This document shows, in pieces, positions 11,716 to 20,819 of a stretch of 32,000 bases of DNA; within the stretch, counting starts at the first letter, position 1, and every line of letters begins with the position of its first letter. A model generated the notes under the pieces. That model was not told where the DNA came from, did no database searches, and was given only the letters and a program-made list of their open reading frames with translations. Source of the stretch: Candidatus Saccharimonadota bacterium (GTDB lineage Bacteria; Pseudomonadota; Gammaproteobacteria; Enterobacterales; Enterobacteriaceae); NCBI GenBank assembly GCA_041941795.1, contig CP145872.1:390001-422000 (forward strand), read 5' to 3'. Position numbers and translations under genes: made by a program.

Positions 11716-13134
11716 TTATTGTATTAATAAGTACAAAGTTTTATCTCCTCTTAAAATATGTAAAGATAAGTAAGGAGGGCTATTAAGCAGTAAATTATGT
11801 AATTCCTTTACATTCTTCACTTCTTTTTTATTGATGCTTAAGATTATATCTCCTACTCTTAACCCTAAAGTAAAAGCATCACTTTTTTCTTCTACAGAGT
11901 CTACTTTTATTCCTTTTTGTCCCTTAATTTTAATATTACTGAACTGTGCTCCTTCTAGGCCCTGGTAAAGAAAAGTAGAATTTTTGTGAGCAGGTTTAAT
12001 TTTTTCTATGATTACTTTTACATTAATTTTCTTTCCATCTCGCACTAATCCTAGAGAAATTGGAGTGCCAATAGGAAATGAACTTAGTTCTGCTTTAAAG
12101 GAGGATAAACTACCAATAGAACTGTTGTTGAGAGAAATAATAACATCCCCGGCTTTTATTCCCGCAGCATGGGCACTGGAATGCTGAAAAACGGAACTTA
12201 TAAATACCCCGCGATTTACATTTAGTTTCATAGCCTCTGCCAAGTCTGGGGTGACATTGGTAATCCTGAGACCTAAAGTGCCTCTTGTTACTTTACCATA
12301 TTTAATCATCTGGTCAGTAATATTTTTGACTATGTTACTGGGAATTGCAAATCCAATACCTATACTTCCTGCCTCATTATACAAAATAGCGGTATTAATA
12401 CCTATTAGTTCACCTTTTAAGTTAATTAGTGCACCTCCCGAATTTCCCCGGTTAATCGGCGCATCAGTTTGTATAAAATTTGCGTACTGATTATTATTGT
12501 TAATGTGCCCGCGCCCTAATCCCGAAATCATGCCGGCTGTAACACTACTTCCTAATCCATAAGGATTACCAATAGCTATGGAATAGTCTCCTACCTGCAA
12601 GGTATCAGAATCACTCCATTTAATAGCTGTTAAATCTTTAAAATCTATAAGCTGGATCACGGCAAGATCTGATAAATAATCTTTTGCAATTACTTTGGCA
12701 TCATATCTTCGTCCATCACTAAGTACCACTTCTATTTGTGTAGCATTCTCAAGAACATGAAAATTAGTCACCACATAACCTTTAGTAGCATTCAGAATAA
12801 CTCCTGAACCTAAACCGTAAAATTTTCGGGTATCTGTTTCATTCTTTGCTTTACAGATTGGACTATCTTTTAATGGAGAGCCTTCTTCACACAGAGGAAA
12901 CATGCCCCACAATTTAGGTTCCGGTTTTAAAGGTTTAACTTGCTCCATTCCTTCCACATTAATACTTACTACCGCAGGAATAACTTTACTTATCATAGGA
13001 GCCAAAGTTGGAACTTGTTGGTGAACCTTAACGTTATTAATGTTATCGTTTACTTGAGGTTTAATAGTTGTACTAGCCATACTAATTCCCATAATAGCTA
13101 GTAAACTACTAAAAATTAAGATAGTTTTTTTCAT
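11716..13134 (-). CDS. degP: Periplasmic serine endoprotease DegP/HtrA
   Basis: 472 aa with an N-terminal signal peptide (MKKTILIFSSLLAIMGISMA). The catalytic triad contexts are VTNFHVL, DLAVIQL and GNSGGALIN, and there are two PDZ-like C-terminal regions. The DegP-type Cys pair loop (FPLCEEGSPLKDSPICK vs E. coli FCQEGSPFQSSPFCQ) favours degP over degQ. Confidence 0.93.
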   Translation of the reverse strand: MKKTILIFSSLLAIMGISMASTTIKPQVNDNINNVKVHQQVPTLAPMISKVIPAVVSINVEGMEQVKPLKPEPKLWGMFPLCEEGSPLKDSPICKAKNETDTRKFYGLGSGVILNATKGYVVTNFHVLENATQIEVVLSDGRRYDAKVIAKDYLSDLAVIQLIDFKDLTAIKWSDSDTLQVGDYSIAIGNPYGLGSSVTAGMISGLGRGHINNNNQYANFIQTDAPINRGNSGGALINLKGELIGINTAILYNEAGSIGIGFAIPSNIVKNITDQMIKYGKVTRGTLGLRITNVTPDLAEAMKLNVNRGVFISSVFQHSSAHAAGIKAGDVIISLNNSSIGSLSSFKAELSSFPIGTPISLGLVRDGKKINVKVIIEKIKPAHKNSTFLYQGLEGAQFSNIKIKGQKGIKVDSVEEKSDAFTLGLRVGDIILSINKKEVKNVKELHNLLLNSPPYLSLHILRGDKTLYLLIQ

Positions 13135-13419
13135 TAATGAAATTCTCTTTTTTAGAAGTAAAAATTAATTTTTCCGATGATTTACAATCTTCGGGATTTT
13201 GTCTATTAGACTAAATCATCTTACTCATTTTTTTAAAAAAAATATATATAAAAATATATATTTTGGAAGTTTTTTTTCTCCTTAAACGAAAAATTAACAA
13301 ATTTGTTATTTTGTTGAGCAATGAATAGTTTATCCAATTAGAGGTAGTAAATTATTTGATATTAAAAATTGCACCCTACTTGTTCAGAATTTGTCTGATT
13401 AGTTTTTTCGTTGATAATT

Positions 13420-13764
13420 TTAAGGAGAAAAAGAGTTACCACAACTACACGTAATTTTTGCATTTGGATTAGTTACAATAAAACGTGATCCTTGTAACTT
13501 TTGTATATAATCTATTCTACTACCGTGTAAATATTGGATACTAAGATCATCTATTACTAAGGATACGTTATCCTTTTCGATAATTAAATCACCCAAGATA
13601 ATTTTATCATCTAAAGTAAATTTATATTCAAATCCATTACATCCTCCTCCAGTAATATAAACTCTTAATTTCAGATTAGGATTATTGGCTTTCAATAATA
13701 AAGTAGCTATTTTAGAAACCGCGGCGGTTGTTAAATGGATAACAGGTAATTCATGTCTGATCAT
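13420..13764 (-). CDS. erpA: Iron-sulfur cluster insertion protein ErpA (A-type carrier)
   Basis: 114 aa. [26 protein letters not shown]...[22 protein letters not shown] is nearly identical in pattern to E. coli ErpA ([26 protein letters not shown]...[22 protein letters not shown]). Confidence 0.95.
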   Translation of the reverse strand: MIRHELPVIHLTTAAVSKIATLLLKANNPNLKLRVYITGGGCNGFEYKFTLDDKIILGDLIIEKDNVSLVIDDLSIQYLHGSRIDYIQKLQGSRFIVTNPNAKITCSCGNSFSP

Positions 13765-13805
13765 AATAATCTCAATTAATCATTCAATATTACTAGAATC
13801 TAGTC

Positions 13806-16025
13806 TTAACACCAATGAGAAATATGTGTATTATTCCAGATAGGAATGGTACGCCAGATGTGATCTGTATTACAAGTAAAATTTCCTAAATGATCAATAT
13901 TAACTTGGATAATATCTTGAGGAACAGGGAACAATAATGGTTCGGGTCTTCTCTGTAATAAATAATGTTCATATATTTTTAATGCTCCCGTAGATCCATA
14001 AAGTTGTGTTGAAGTATTATTATCTCTACCTACCCAGATTACTACTATTTCTTGACTATCTATTCCTGCTAACCAACTATCACGTAATTGATTAGTGGTA
14101 CCTGTTTTGGCCGCTATTTTAGCACTAGAAAAAATTTTTCCTAATGTAGAAGCCGTTCCACGCAAGACAGTTTGTTGCATACTATAAAGAGTTAAATAAG
14201 CAGCTTGAGGAGCAATAACTAGTTGCAAGTTTGGTTTTTTTTGATAAATTATTTTTCCTTCTTGGGTAAGAATAGACTGTACAGTATATAATTTTGATTT
14301 TATTCCACCACTCCCCAATGTTTGATACATTTGTGTTACTTCTAAAGGAGTTAAATTTACTGATCCTAATAAAGACGAAGGTAGCATATTCAATCGTTGT
14401 TCATCTATTCCTAAATTCCATAGGGTTTCATTAACTTTATCCAGTCCTAATGCTAGACCAAGATTTAAGGTAGGAATATTGATAGAATGTACTAAAGCAT
14501 CAAGAAGCATAATTCTACCTACAAATTTATGATCATAATTTCTTGGTTTCCATATTTTTTTATTAGAGAGCTGCAATGCAATAGGATTATCGTCTAACCA
14601 ACTATTCAGTTTATACCGCTCTGGTGTACTTAACGCAGCTAAATAAATAGCGGGTTTTACTAAAGAGCCAATAGAACGTCGACTTTGCAATGCTCTATTA
14701 TAACCGGGAAATTTTGGTAAAGAACCCCCTATTATAGCTCTGATTTCTCCCTTCATTCGATCTACTATTACTGCGGCGGTTTCTAAATCCGGCAAATGAT
14801 TTTTTTTACGTAACTTAGGTATTTCTTCTCGAATGGTTTCTTCGATATTTTGTTGCGATAGGGGATCAAAAGTAGTAAAAATTCTTATTCCAAGAAAATT
14901 TTTTCGATTTAAATGTAATAAAATTGAATCTAATTCGCTTTTAACTGTTTGAATAAAAGCGGGTACCATAGGCATGATTTGGCCTGGAAGTTTTATCTCT
15001 AAGGGAGAGCAAATCAATTTTTGATATTTAACTTTATTAATAATTCTATGTTTGTTCAATACAGATAACACTAAATTACGTCGTTGGAGAGCTAACTTCG
15101 GATGGTGCCAAGGATTATATATTGAAGCTCCTTTTACCATTCCTATTAATAAGGCTTGCTGGGTTACATTTAATTCATTCATAGGTCTGCCAAAATAATA
15201 AAGACTAGCTAATGGAAAACCATGTATTGGATTACCATTATTTTGTCCTAAATATACTTCATTTAGATATAGCTCTAGTATCTTTTCTTTACTATAACGA
15301 ACATTCATAATGAGAGCCATATAGATTTCTTTTAGCTTCCGCATAACAGTACGTTTATTAGTAAGAAATAAATTTCTTACCAGTTGTTGTGTTAATGTAC
15401 TTCCTCCTTGTACTATTTTACCCGCCTTAATATTGGCAATCAGAGCTCGAGTCATTGCCGATAACTGGATCCCCCCATGGTGATAAAAATTATTATCTTC
15501 AGTAGCTAGTAAGATAGAGATTAACGTATTAGGAAAGTCCCTACGAGGTATAAATAAACGTTGTTCTCCATTGGGACTATGTAATATATATATTATAATC
15601 GGATCTATTTTAAGAGTGGGTAAAAGTTGGCCATTAGATAAATTATATATGGAATCTAACATATTATCTCTAAATATTAGAACAGCATGAATGGCTGTCT
15701 CATTAGATTGCGGAAAATTAAATTTCCGTCGGCGAATTTCAATCGTATTATTAGTGATAATAAAATCGCCGTCACGTTTGATATTGGTAACTTCACGATA
15801 ATTATTAGCTAAAAGTATTTTTACTATATTATTTTTTTTCTTTGGTTCATTATCTCTTCCTAGGACTACTATTCTACTATAAATCTTCATAGGAATATCT
15901 AATGAGTGTTTTGATACCATCTTCCGAATCTGCAAATCTAGATTAATACCATATGCTAACCCCCATAATATGGGTATCACCATTAATAGGATTACACAAT
16001 ATTGACTAATTTTTTTTAATTTCAT
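13806..16025 (-). CDS. mrcB: Bifunctional penicillin-binding protein 1B (glycosyltransferase/transpeptidase)
   Basis: Colinear with E. coli PBP1B. The glycosyltransferase motifs are LLATEDNNFYHHGGI, GGSTLTQQLVRN and RKLKEIYMALIMNVRYSKEKILELYLNEVYLGQ. The transpeptidase motifs are SIGSLVKP (SxxK), SIN (SxN) and KTGTT. The tracked ORF begins at a TTG (16040), but the ATG at 16025 (MKLKKISQ..., just before the TM helix) is the more likely start. It lacks most of the E. coli cytoplasmic N-tail and the Q-rich C-tail. Confidence 0.93.
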   Translation of the reverse strand: MKLKKISQYCVILLMVIPILWGLAYGINLDLQIRKMVSKHSLDIPMKIYSRIVVLGRDNEPKKKNNIVKILLANNYREVTNIKRDGDFIITNNTIEIRRRKFNFPQSNETAIHAVLIFRDNMLDSIYNLSNGQLLPTLKIDPIIIYILHSPNGEQRLFIPRRDFPNTLISILLATEDNNFYHHGGIQLSAMTRALIANIKAGKIVQGGSTLTQQLVRNLFLTNKRTVMRKLKEIYMALIMNVRYSKEKILELYLNEVYLGQNNGNPIHGFPLASLYYFGRPMNELNVTQQALLIGMVKGASIYNPWHHPKLALQRRNLVLSVLNKHRIINKVKYQKLICSPLEIKLPGQIMPMVPAFIQTVKSELDSILLHLNRKNFLGIRIFTTFDPLSQQNIEETIREEIPKLRKKNHLPDLETAAVIVDRMKGEIRAIIGGSLPKFPGYNRALQSRRSIGSLVKPAIYLAALSTPERYKLNSWLDDNPIALQLSNKKIWKPRNYDHKFVGRIMLLDALVHSINIPTLNLGLALGLDKVNETLWNLGIDEQRLNMLPSSLLGSVNLTPLEVTQMYQTLGSGGIKSKLYTVQSILTQEGKIIYQKKPNLQLVIAPQAAYLTLYSMQQTVLRGTASTLGKIFSSAKIAAKTGTTNQLRDSWLAGIDSQEIVVIWVGRDNNTSTQLYGSTGALKIYEHYLLQRRPEPLLFPVPQDIIQVNIDHLGNFTCNTDHIWRTIPIWNNTHISHWC

Positions 16026-16341
16026 TTGGGGCCAAAACAATTCTTATCACGATAAATTCACTCACTTAGTTTAACATAATATTCTAAAAAAAATTAGAGT
16101 TTCGAGTATGCATCTAGTCTAATTTCTGATATCCTACTCAACTTAGTATAACTATACTAAATATTTTATATAAAAAATAAGTATATTATTTACTATGTAG
16201 ATACTACTTAAGGTAAGATAATTATTCATAATGGCATATTAGTAATTTATTATGCTGGTGCCAAGAAAATGGGTCCCACTTAATTGGGTATTATCTAATT
16301 CCACTAGTAGTGATTATTAACGATTATAAGGATCCTATTTT

Positions 16342-16797
16342 ATGCCACAAAGAAATAACAAAGTTCTATCATCTCTCAGTATTCTCTCTATTGCAGGGGT
16401 TAAACCATATCCCGCAAATGATAATGAACAGTATATGAATGAACTGCAAATATTACATTTTAAAAAAATACTTAAGGCCTGGAGACAACAGCTCTTGATT
16501 AAATCTGGAAATTCAGGGCATTTTCTTAAAAATGAGACCGTGAATTTTCCGGATCCCATTGACCGGGCGGTTCAAGAAGAAGAATTTAACCTAAAATTAC
16601 GTACTAGAGATATAAAACAAAAATTACTACAAAAAATAGACCATACTTTAGGAAGAATTGAAAAGCAAGATTTCGGTTTTTGTACTTGCTGCGGAATTGA
16701 AATCGGAATTCGGCGGCTGGAAGCAAATCCTAATGCAGAACTGTGTATCGAATGTAAAACATTAGCGGAAATACGTGAAAAACAAATATTAGGATAA
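16342..16797 (+). CDS. dksA: RNA polymerase-binding transcription factor DksA
   Basis: 151 aa. SSLSILSIAGVKPY, FPDPIDRAVQEEEF (coiled-coil tip acidic residues) and the four-Cys zinc finger CTCCGIEIGIRRLEANPNAELCIECK are colinear with E. coli DksA. Confidence 0.96.
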   Translation: MPQRNNKVLSSLSILSIAGVKPYPANDNEQYMNELQILHFKKILKAWRQQLLIKSGNSGHFLKNETVNFPDPIDRAVQEEEFNLKLRTRDIKQKLLQKIDHTLGRIEKQDFGFCTCCGIEIGIRRLEANPNAELCIECKTLAEIREKQILG

Positions 16798-16940
16798 TAA
16801 TTCAAAAATTATTAAATATAAAAATAACCCAAAATGAATTAATTCTAGTGACTAGATTGAGATTTATCTACATGAATAAAATTTCAAAAATGTTTATTTA
16901 AAATGTTAGATAAAGTATCGAGTATCGCTGGCAAAAATAA

Positions 16941-17711
16941 TTAATTTCTTAATCCAAAACCACGATTGATTAATATCCACACTATTAAATACAAAATTAC
17001 TACTAATAGTAGTAATACTAACACGGTTAGTATTAATGGAACTTCTGTTATACCTAGAAATCCATATCTAAAACCACTAATCATATAAACAATAGGATTA
17101 AATTTTGAAATTTTTTGCCAAAAAGGAGGTAATTGGTTGATGGAATAAAAAACTCCTCCTAGATATGTCAAGGGCGTAAGTATAAAAGTAGGTATCAAAC
17201 TAATATCATCAAAATTATTAGCAAATAATGCATTTAATAACCCAGCCAGTGAAAACATTACTACAGTTAGTAGTAAAGTAAAAATAATCATAATCCAAGA
17301 GTAGATCGGGATACTTACCAAAAATATAGATACGATGGTAACTAGTAATCCAACAAATACTCCTCGAGCTATACCTCCTCCTACATATCCTAAAATAATT
17401 ATATGTGTAGGTACTGGCGCTACTAATAATTCTTCAATATTACGTTGAAATCTGGCACTAAAAAAAGAAGAGGCTACGTTAGAATAAGAGTTTGTTATTA
17501 CTGCCATCATTATGATACCTGGTACAATAAACTGTAAATAATTAAAAGTATGAATTTTACTTAAATGTGTTCCAAGTAAATTACCAAATATTATAAAATA
17601 TAATGTCATAGTTATGACTGGAGGCATTAAGGTCTGAATCCATAAGCGGAGGAACCTATTAATTTCCTTATTTAGGATACTTTTGAATGCAATCCAGTAG
17701 ATATGAGTCAT
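16941..17711 (-). CDS. yadH: ABC-2 type transporter permease YadH
   Basis: 256 aa, highly hydrophobic multi-pass membrane protein. It sits immediately downstream of yadG, with its start overlapping the yadG stop by 4 nt (17708-17711). The arrangement matches E. coli yadG-yadH. Confidence 0.85.
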   Translation of the reverse strand: MTHIYWIAFKSILNKEINRFLRLWIQTLMPPVITMTLYFIIFGNLLGTHLSKIHTFNYLQFIVPGIIMMAVITNSYSNVASSFFSARFQRNIEELLVAPVPTHIIILGYVGGGIARGVFVGLLVTIVSIFLVSIPIYSWIMIIFTLLLTVVMFSLAGLLNALFANNFDDISLIPTFILTPLTYLGGVFYSINQLPPFWQKISKFNPIVYMISGFRYGFLGITEVPLILTVLVLLLLVVILYLIVWILINRGFGLRN

Positions 17712-18637
17712 TTTGTACTCCTTTCCATTTTAGATCGAACTAAATCTACAAATAATGCCTCAAGTCTATTTTCTTTGTTTCGCATACTTAATACTTGTAT
17801 ACCTTGATTATTTAACTGATTAAAAATCCTATTTAAACCTTGTTGACGGTCAATTTCTACTTCTAAAGTAGAAGCATCTTTTAACCTGTAATTACAATCC
17901 TTTAAGTTAGGTTTAGGGCTATTTTGAGCTAAATCTAAAATTAAAGTTTCTTTCTTGAGTTTTGCTAATACTTTCTTCATGGAAGTATTTTCAATGATAA
18001 CACCGTCATGTATAATTCCTATATTACGGCATAATATTTCTGCCTCTTCTAAATAATGAGTAGTAAGAATAATAGTAGTTCCATGACGGTTTAGATAATT
18101 AAGAAAATTCCAAATTAACCTACGTAATTCAATATCTACTCCTGCAGTTGGTTCATCTAAGATAAGAAGCTTTGGACTATGTATTAATGCCCGCACAATC
18201 ATCAAACGGCGTTTCATACCTCCTGATAACAACCTAGCTCTGTGAGATCGTTTATCCCATAAATCTAATTTATGCAAATATTTTTCAGCTATTTTCATAG
18301 CTTCCTTTTTTTTAACTCCATAATAACCTGCTTGATTAATTACTATTTGTAATACAGTTTCAAAAGGATTAAAATTAAATTCTTGAGGAACTAATCCTAG
18401 TAATAGTTTCGCATTAATCGACTCACGTTGTAAGTCATATCCAAAAATATTGACTTTTCCTGCAGTAGGATTAATGAGAGAGCATATTATACCAATAAGA
18501 GTAGTTTTACCCGCTCCATTTGGTCCCAGGAGAGCATAAAAATCACCATCAGTAACTTTTAAAGTTATTCCTTTAAGAGCTTTCATCCCTCCCGCATATA
18601 TTTTGATAAGATTGATAAGTTGTAGTGCATAATTCAT
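17708..18637 (-). CDS. yadG: ABC transporter ATP-binding protein YadG
   Basis: Walker A GPNGAGKTT, signature LSGGMKRRL, Walker B LLILDEPTAGVD. Colinear with E. coli YadG (FYALLGPNGAGKST..., LGLVPQEFNFNPFETV). The likely start is the ATG at 18637 (MNYALQLINL...) rather than the tracked 18652. Confidence 0.92.
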   Translation of the reverse strand: MNYALQLINLIKIYAGGMKALKGITLKVTDGDFYALLGPNGAGKTTLIGIICSLINPTAGKVNIFGYDLQRESINAKLLLGLVPQEFNFNPFETVLQIVINQAGYYGVKKKEAMKIAEKYLHKLDLWDKRSHRARLLSGGMKRRLMIVRALIHSPKLLILDEPTAGVDIELRRLIWNFLNYLNRHGTTIILTTHYLEEAEILCRNIGIIHDGVIIENTSMKKVLAKLKKETLILDLAQNSPKPNLKDCNYRLKDASTLEVEIDRQQGLNRIFNQLNNQGIQVLSMRNKENRLEALFVDLVRSKMERSTK

Positions 18638-18869
18638 AGGTAAAGCTCCCATAGATTATGGAATCTTAATATAAGAAAGCACTATTACAATATTTGTATT
18701 GAAAGAAAAAATATTTCTTAACATGTTCAATGTTATTCTGAAAGTTTTCATAAACATATTATAAAATAATATATTTTAGTAATGATAAAAATTTTTCTAA
18801 AAAGTTATGAATATGGATAAATATCCTAGTTAACTAATGTTAAAAAAGATAAGGATTAAAATCCGCTTT

Positions 18870-19956
18870 TTTCCTATATCCTATTTATTACCACTTCTTC
18901 ATAGTAAAAATCATTACTTTAGTATTAATAGTCACTTTATGTAGTATGTCTAGCACTTAACCACTTCATCTTAATTAAGTATTCCTTACAAGAATAATTG
19001 AACTCCTTGTGTATGAAAAAGTAGAATCTAATATCAGCTCTGCTTAAAATATCTTGATGAGTAATTTTTATCCTCTAATAATTAGAAAATTTTAAAAAAT
19101 ATAAAAATTTTTTGGAAGATAAATACTTAATATTTAGTAAACTGATCTAGTTGCTTAGATACCAAATGGATTGGTACTACATCAGCTATAAATTCTTTAA
19201 TAACCTTACTCAAGTAAAGTAAATATACTTATTCTACAATAATATTCAGAGATATTAAATATCCGTTGGATAAAATCATATTCAACTATGATATAGTTTC
19301 TCCAATATAGAACACAAACTATAATTAGAATTTTATTTACTCACTCTTATTAACAATCATTTTCTTTTTCAAGATTAATTTTATAATCCTCTCATTTTTA
19401 TAGAAAAAATTATTATGGTAGAAATAGATGAAAAGGTGGTCAAAGCATACATATTATTGCCAGTATTTACCTAATCATAGTCGGGATGCTTTGAGGGAGC
19501 CATGAATATCCTTACAAAATTCGGATGGAGTAAACTTTGTTAATAGTTGGAGGGAGAAGTTTGATATTATTATGGTAGACTGCCTATATCCTATAGATCC
19601 GGGCTTTCGTCTTTTTACTGCCAAATTTTATTAAGGATGTTATAATTGTTTACATGAAAGAGGAATTTTTGTCGCCCAAAATGGAGGATGTTTTTACAGT
19701 CTGAATATGTAGCAATAGTTACTCTAATTTAATTAAGTATTTTAAAGAGGTAAGATTTTTTTCAAAACTCTGGACCTTTTTATTATGGTGGAAGGATGAT
19801 TTTACTTGGGCTACTAATAATTACGTTTTGCGTAATTTAAACTTACAGGGATTAAAAGATAATTTTAGATCCTCCAACTTATCTTGTCGATATTATAATC
19901 AGGCTATTCATATGAGCAGTTTTACAATTCCACAATATGTATTAGATAGTATATAG
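18870..19956 (+). pseudogene. speE: Decayed relic of spermidine synthase SpeE
   Basis: Plus-strand fragments in shifting frames align with E. coli SpeE. IIMVEIDEKVV (~19412) aligns with [26 protein letters not shown]...FTAKFY*GC...RGIFVAQNGGCF (19560-19690) aligns with FDVIISDCTDPIGPG...FTSAFYEGC...GGIFVAQNGVCF. CRYYNQAIHMSSFTIPQYVLDSI* (ending 19956) aligns with [23 protein letters not shown]. An in-frame TAA at 19632-19634 replaces the Glu codon of FYEGC, and there are many further stops and frameshifts. The 5' boundary is uncertain. Confidence 0.85.
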
Positions 19957-19997
19957 AGAAATCACTAACTACCCAAAGACTAAAGAGGATAAATAAA

Positions 19998-20759
19998 TTG
20001 TCCAAATTAAATTACATGGTTTTAATAATCTTACCAAAACCCTTAGTTTTTTGTATTTATGATATTTTTTATGCTAAAAATAGCAAGGATCGCAAAAAGA
20101 TACCTCAATTATATTGATGAGAAATATAATGCAATCCGTTTAAGTGAAATTCTAAGTGAAACCTGTAGACTTATCGGAGCTTTTTAAATATGGATCCTAA
20201 AGATTATCAGCCCCAAGGGGCTAGTGTTACGTTACTTATTAGTGATAAAAAATATCAATCATTTATATAATAATTCACATCAAGAATGGGAAAAGATTCT
20301 CTCTAAGAATATATTGATTCATTTAGATAAAAGTCAGGTGTGTGTTCATACTTAGCTGAAAAGCCATCCGGAGGGAAAATTTGTACCTTTCGTGCTGATA
20401 AGTATCAACTTGTGGAAGTATATCTCGTCTTAAAGCTTTAAACTATTTAATTACTTAGTTAGAATAAGATATTGTTACAATTGATTATCGAGTGCGGTGT
20501 TTTACTCGTTACATACATGGTAAAAATATTTTATCGCTCATGAGATAACAATCCATCCAAAATTTTATAATTCTGTATCAGATGAGGGATGGAATGCTTA
20601 TAATAAAAATTATTTTTATACTCGGATGATAATAAAAAAAATATAGAAAAATATATTTTCAATATTTTACCACACACATTAAGTCCTGAAGAATCTCTAG
20701 CCATTCAAGATTTATTATGGACAGAAAGGCGTGAAATTTATTACGGTTATAATATATAA
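19998..20759 (+). pseudogene. speD: Decayed relic of S-adenosylmethionine decarboxylase proenzyme SpeD
   Basis: Fragments align with E. coli SpeD over its full length. [12 protein letters not shown] / CIYDIFYAK (20015-20078) aligns with [48 protein letters not shown] aligns with [59 protein letters not shown] (TAG at 20353-20355 in place of Tyr) and CTFRAD also match. LWTERREIYYGYNI* ends at 20759. There are at least four frame changes plus in-frame stops. An AGAGGA Shine-Dalgarno-like motif is still present at 19984-19989. Confidence 0.9.
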
Positions 20760-20819
20760 TAACCAAATTTTAATTTTGTTTATACAAAACAAAAACTTTC
20801 TCTCAAGAGAATCAGATAT

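Noticed and set aside
16143-16160. A perfect 8+2+8 palindrome, ttagtata-ac-tatactaa, in the mrcB/dksA divergent spacer.
   Set aside because: It is almost pure A/T and there is no second copy in the window. Without comparative data it cannot be distinguished from chance.
16335-16805. Two minus-strand ORFs (16335-16559, 16572-16805) overlapping dksA. Similar shadow ORFs lie inside talA (3503-3700), degP (12251-12490), lpdA (21934-22152), rpsG (24053-24322), fusA (24600-24803, 26002-26184, 26439-26648), tuf (26805-26993, 27281-27595), rpsJ (28079-28261), rplB (30603-30800) and rpsC (31625-31998).
   Set aside because: All are nested within, antisense to or out of frame with strongly supported conserved genes, and none has recognisable similarity. 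They are most simply explained as chance ORFs.
18852-18876. A terminator-like motif, ggatt-aa-aatcc followed by gctttttt, upstream of the speE relic.
   Set aside because: The stem is only 4-5 bp with a minimal loop, and there is no intact upstream gene on that strand for it to terminate.
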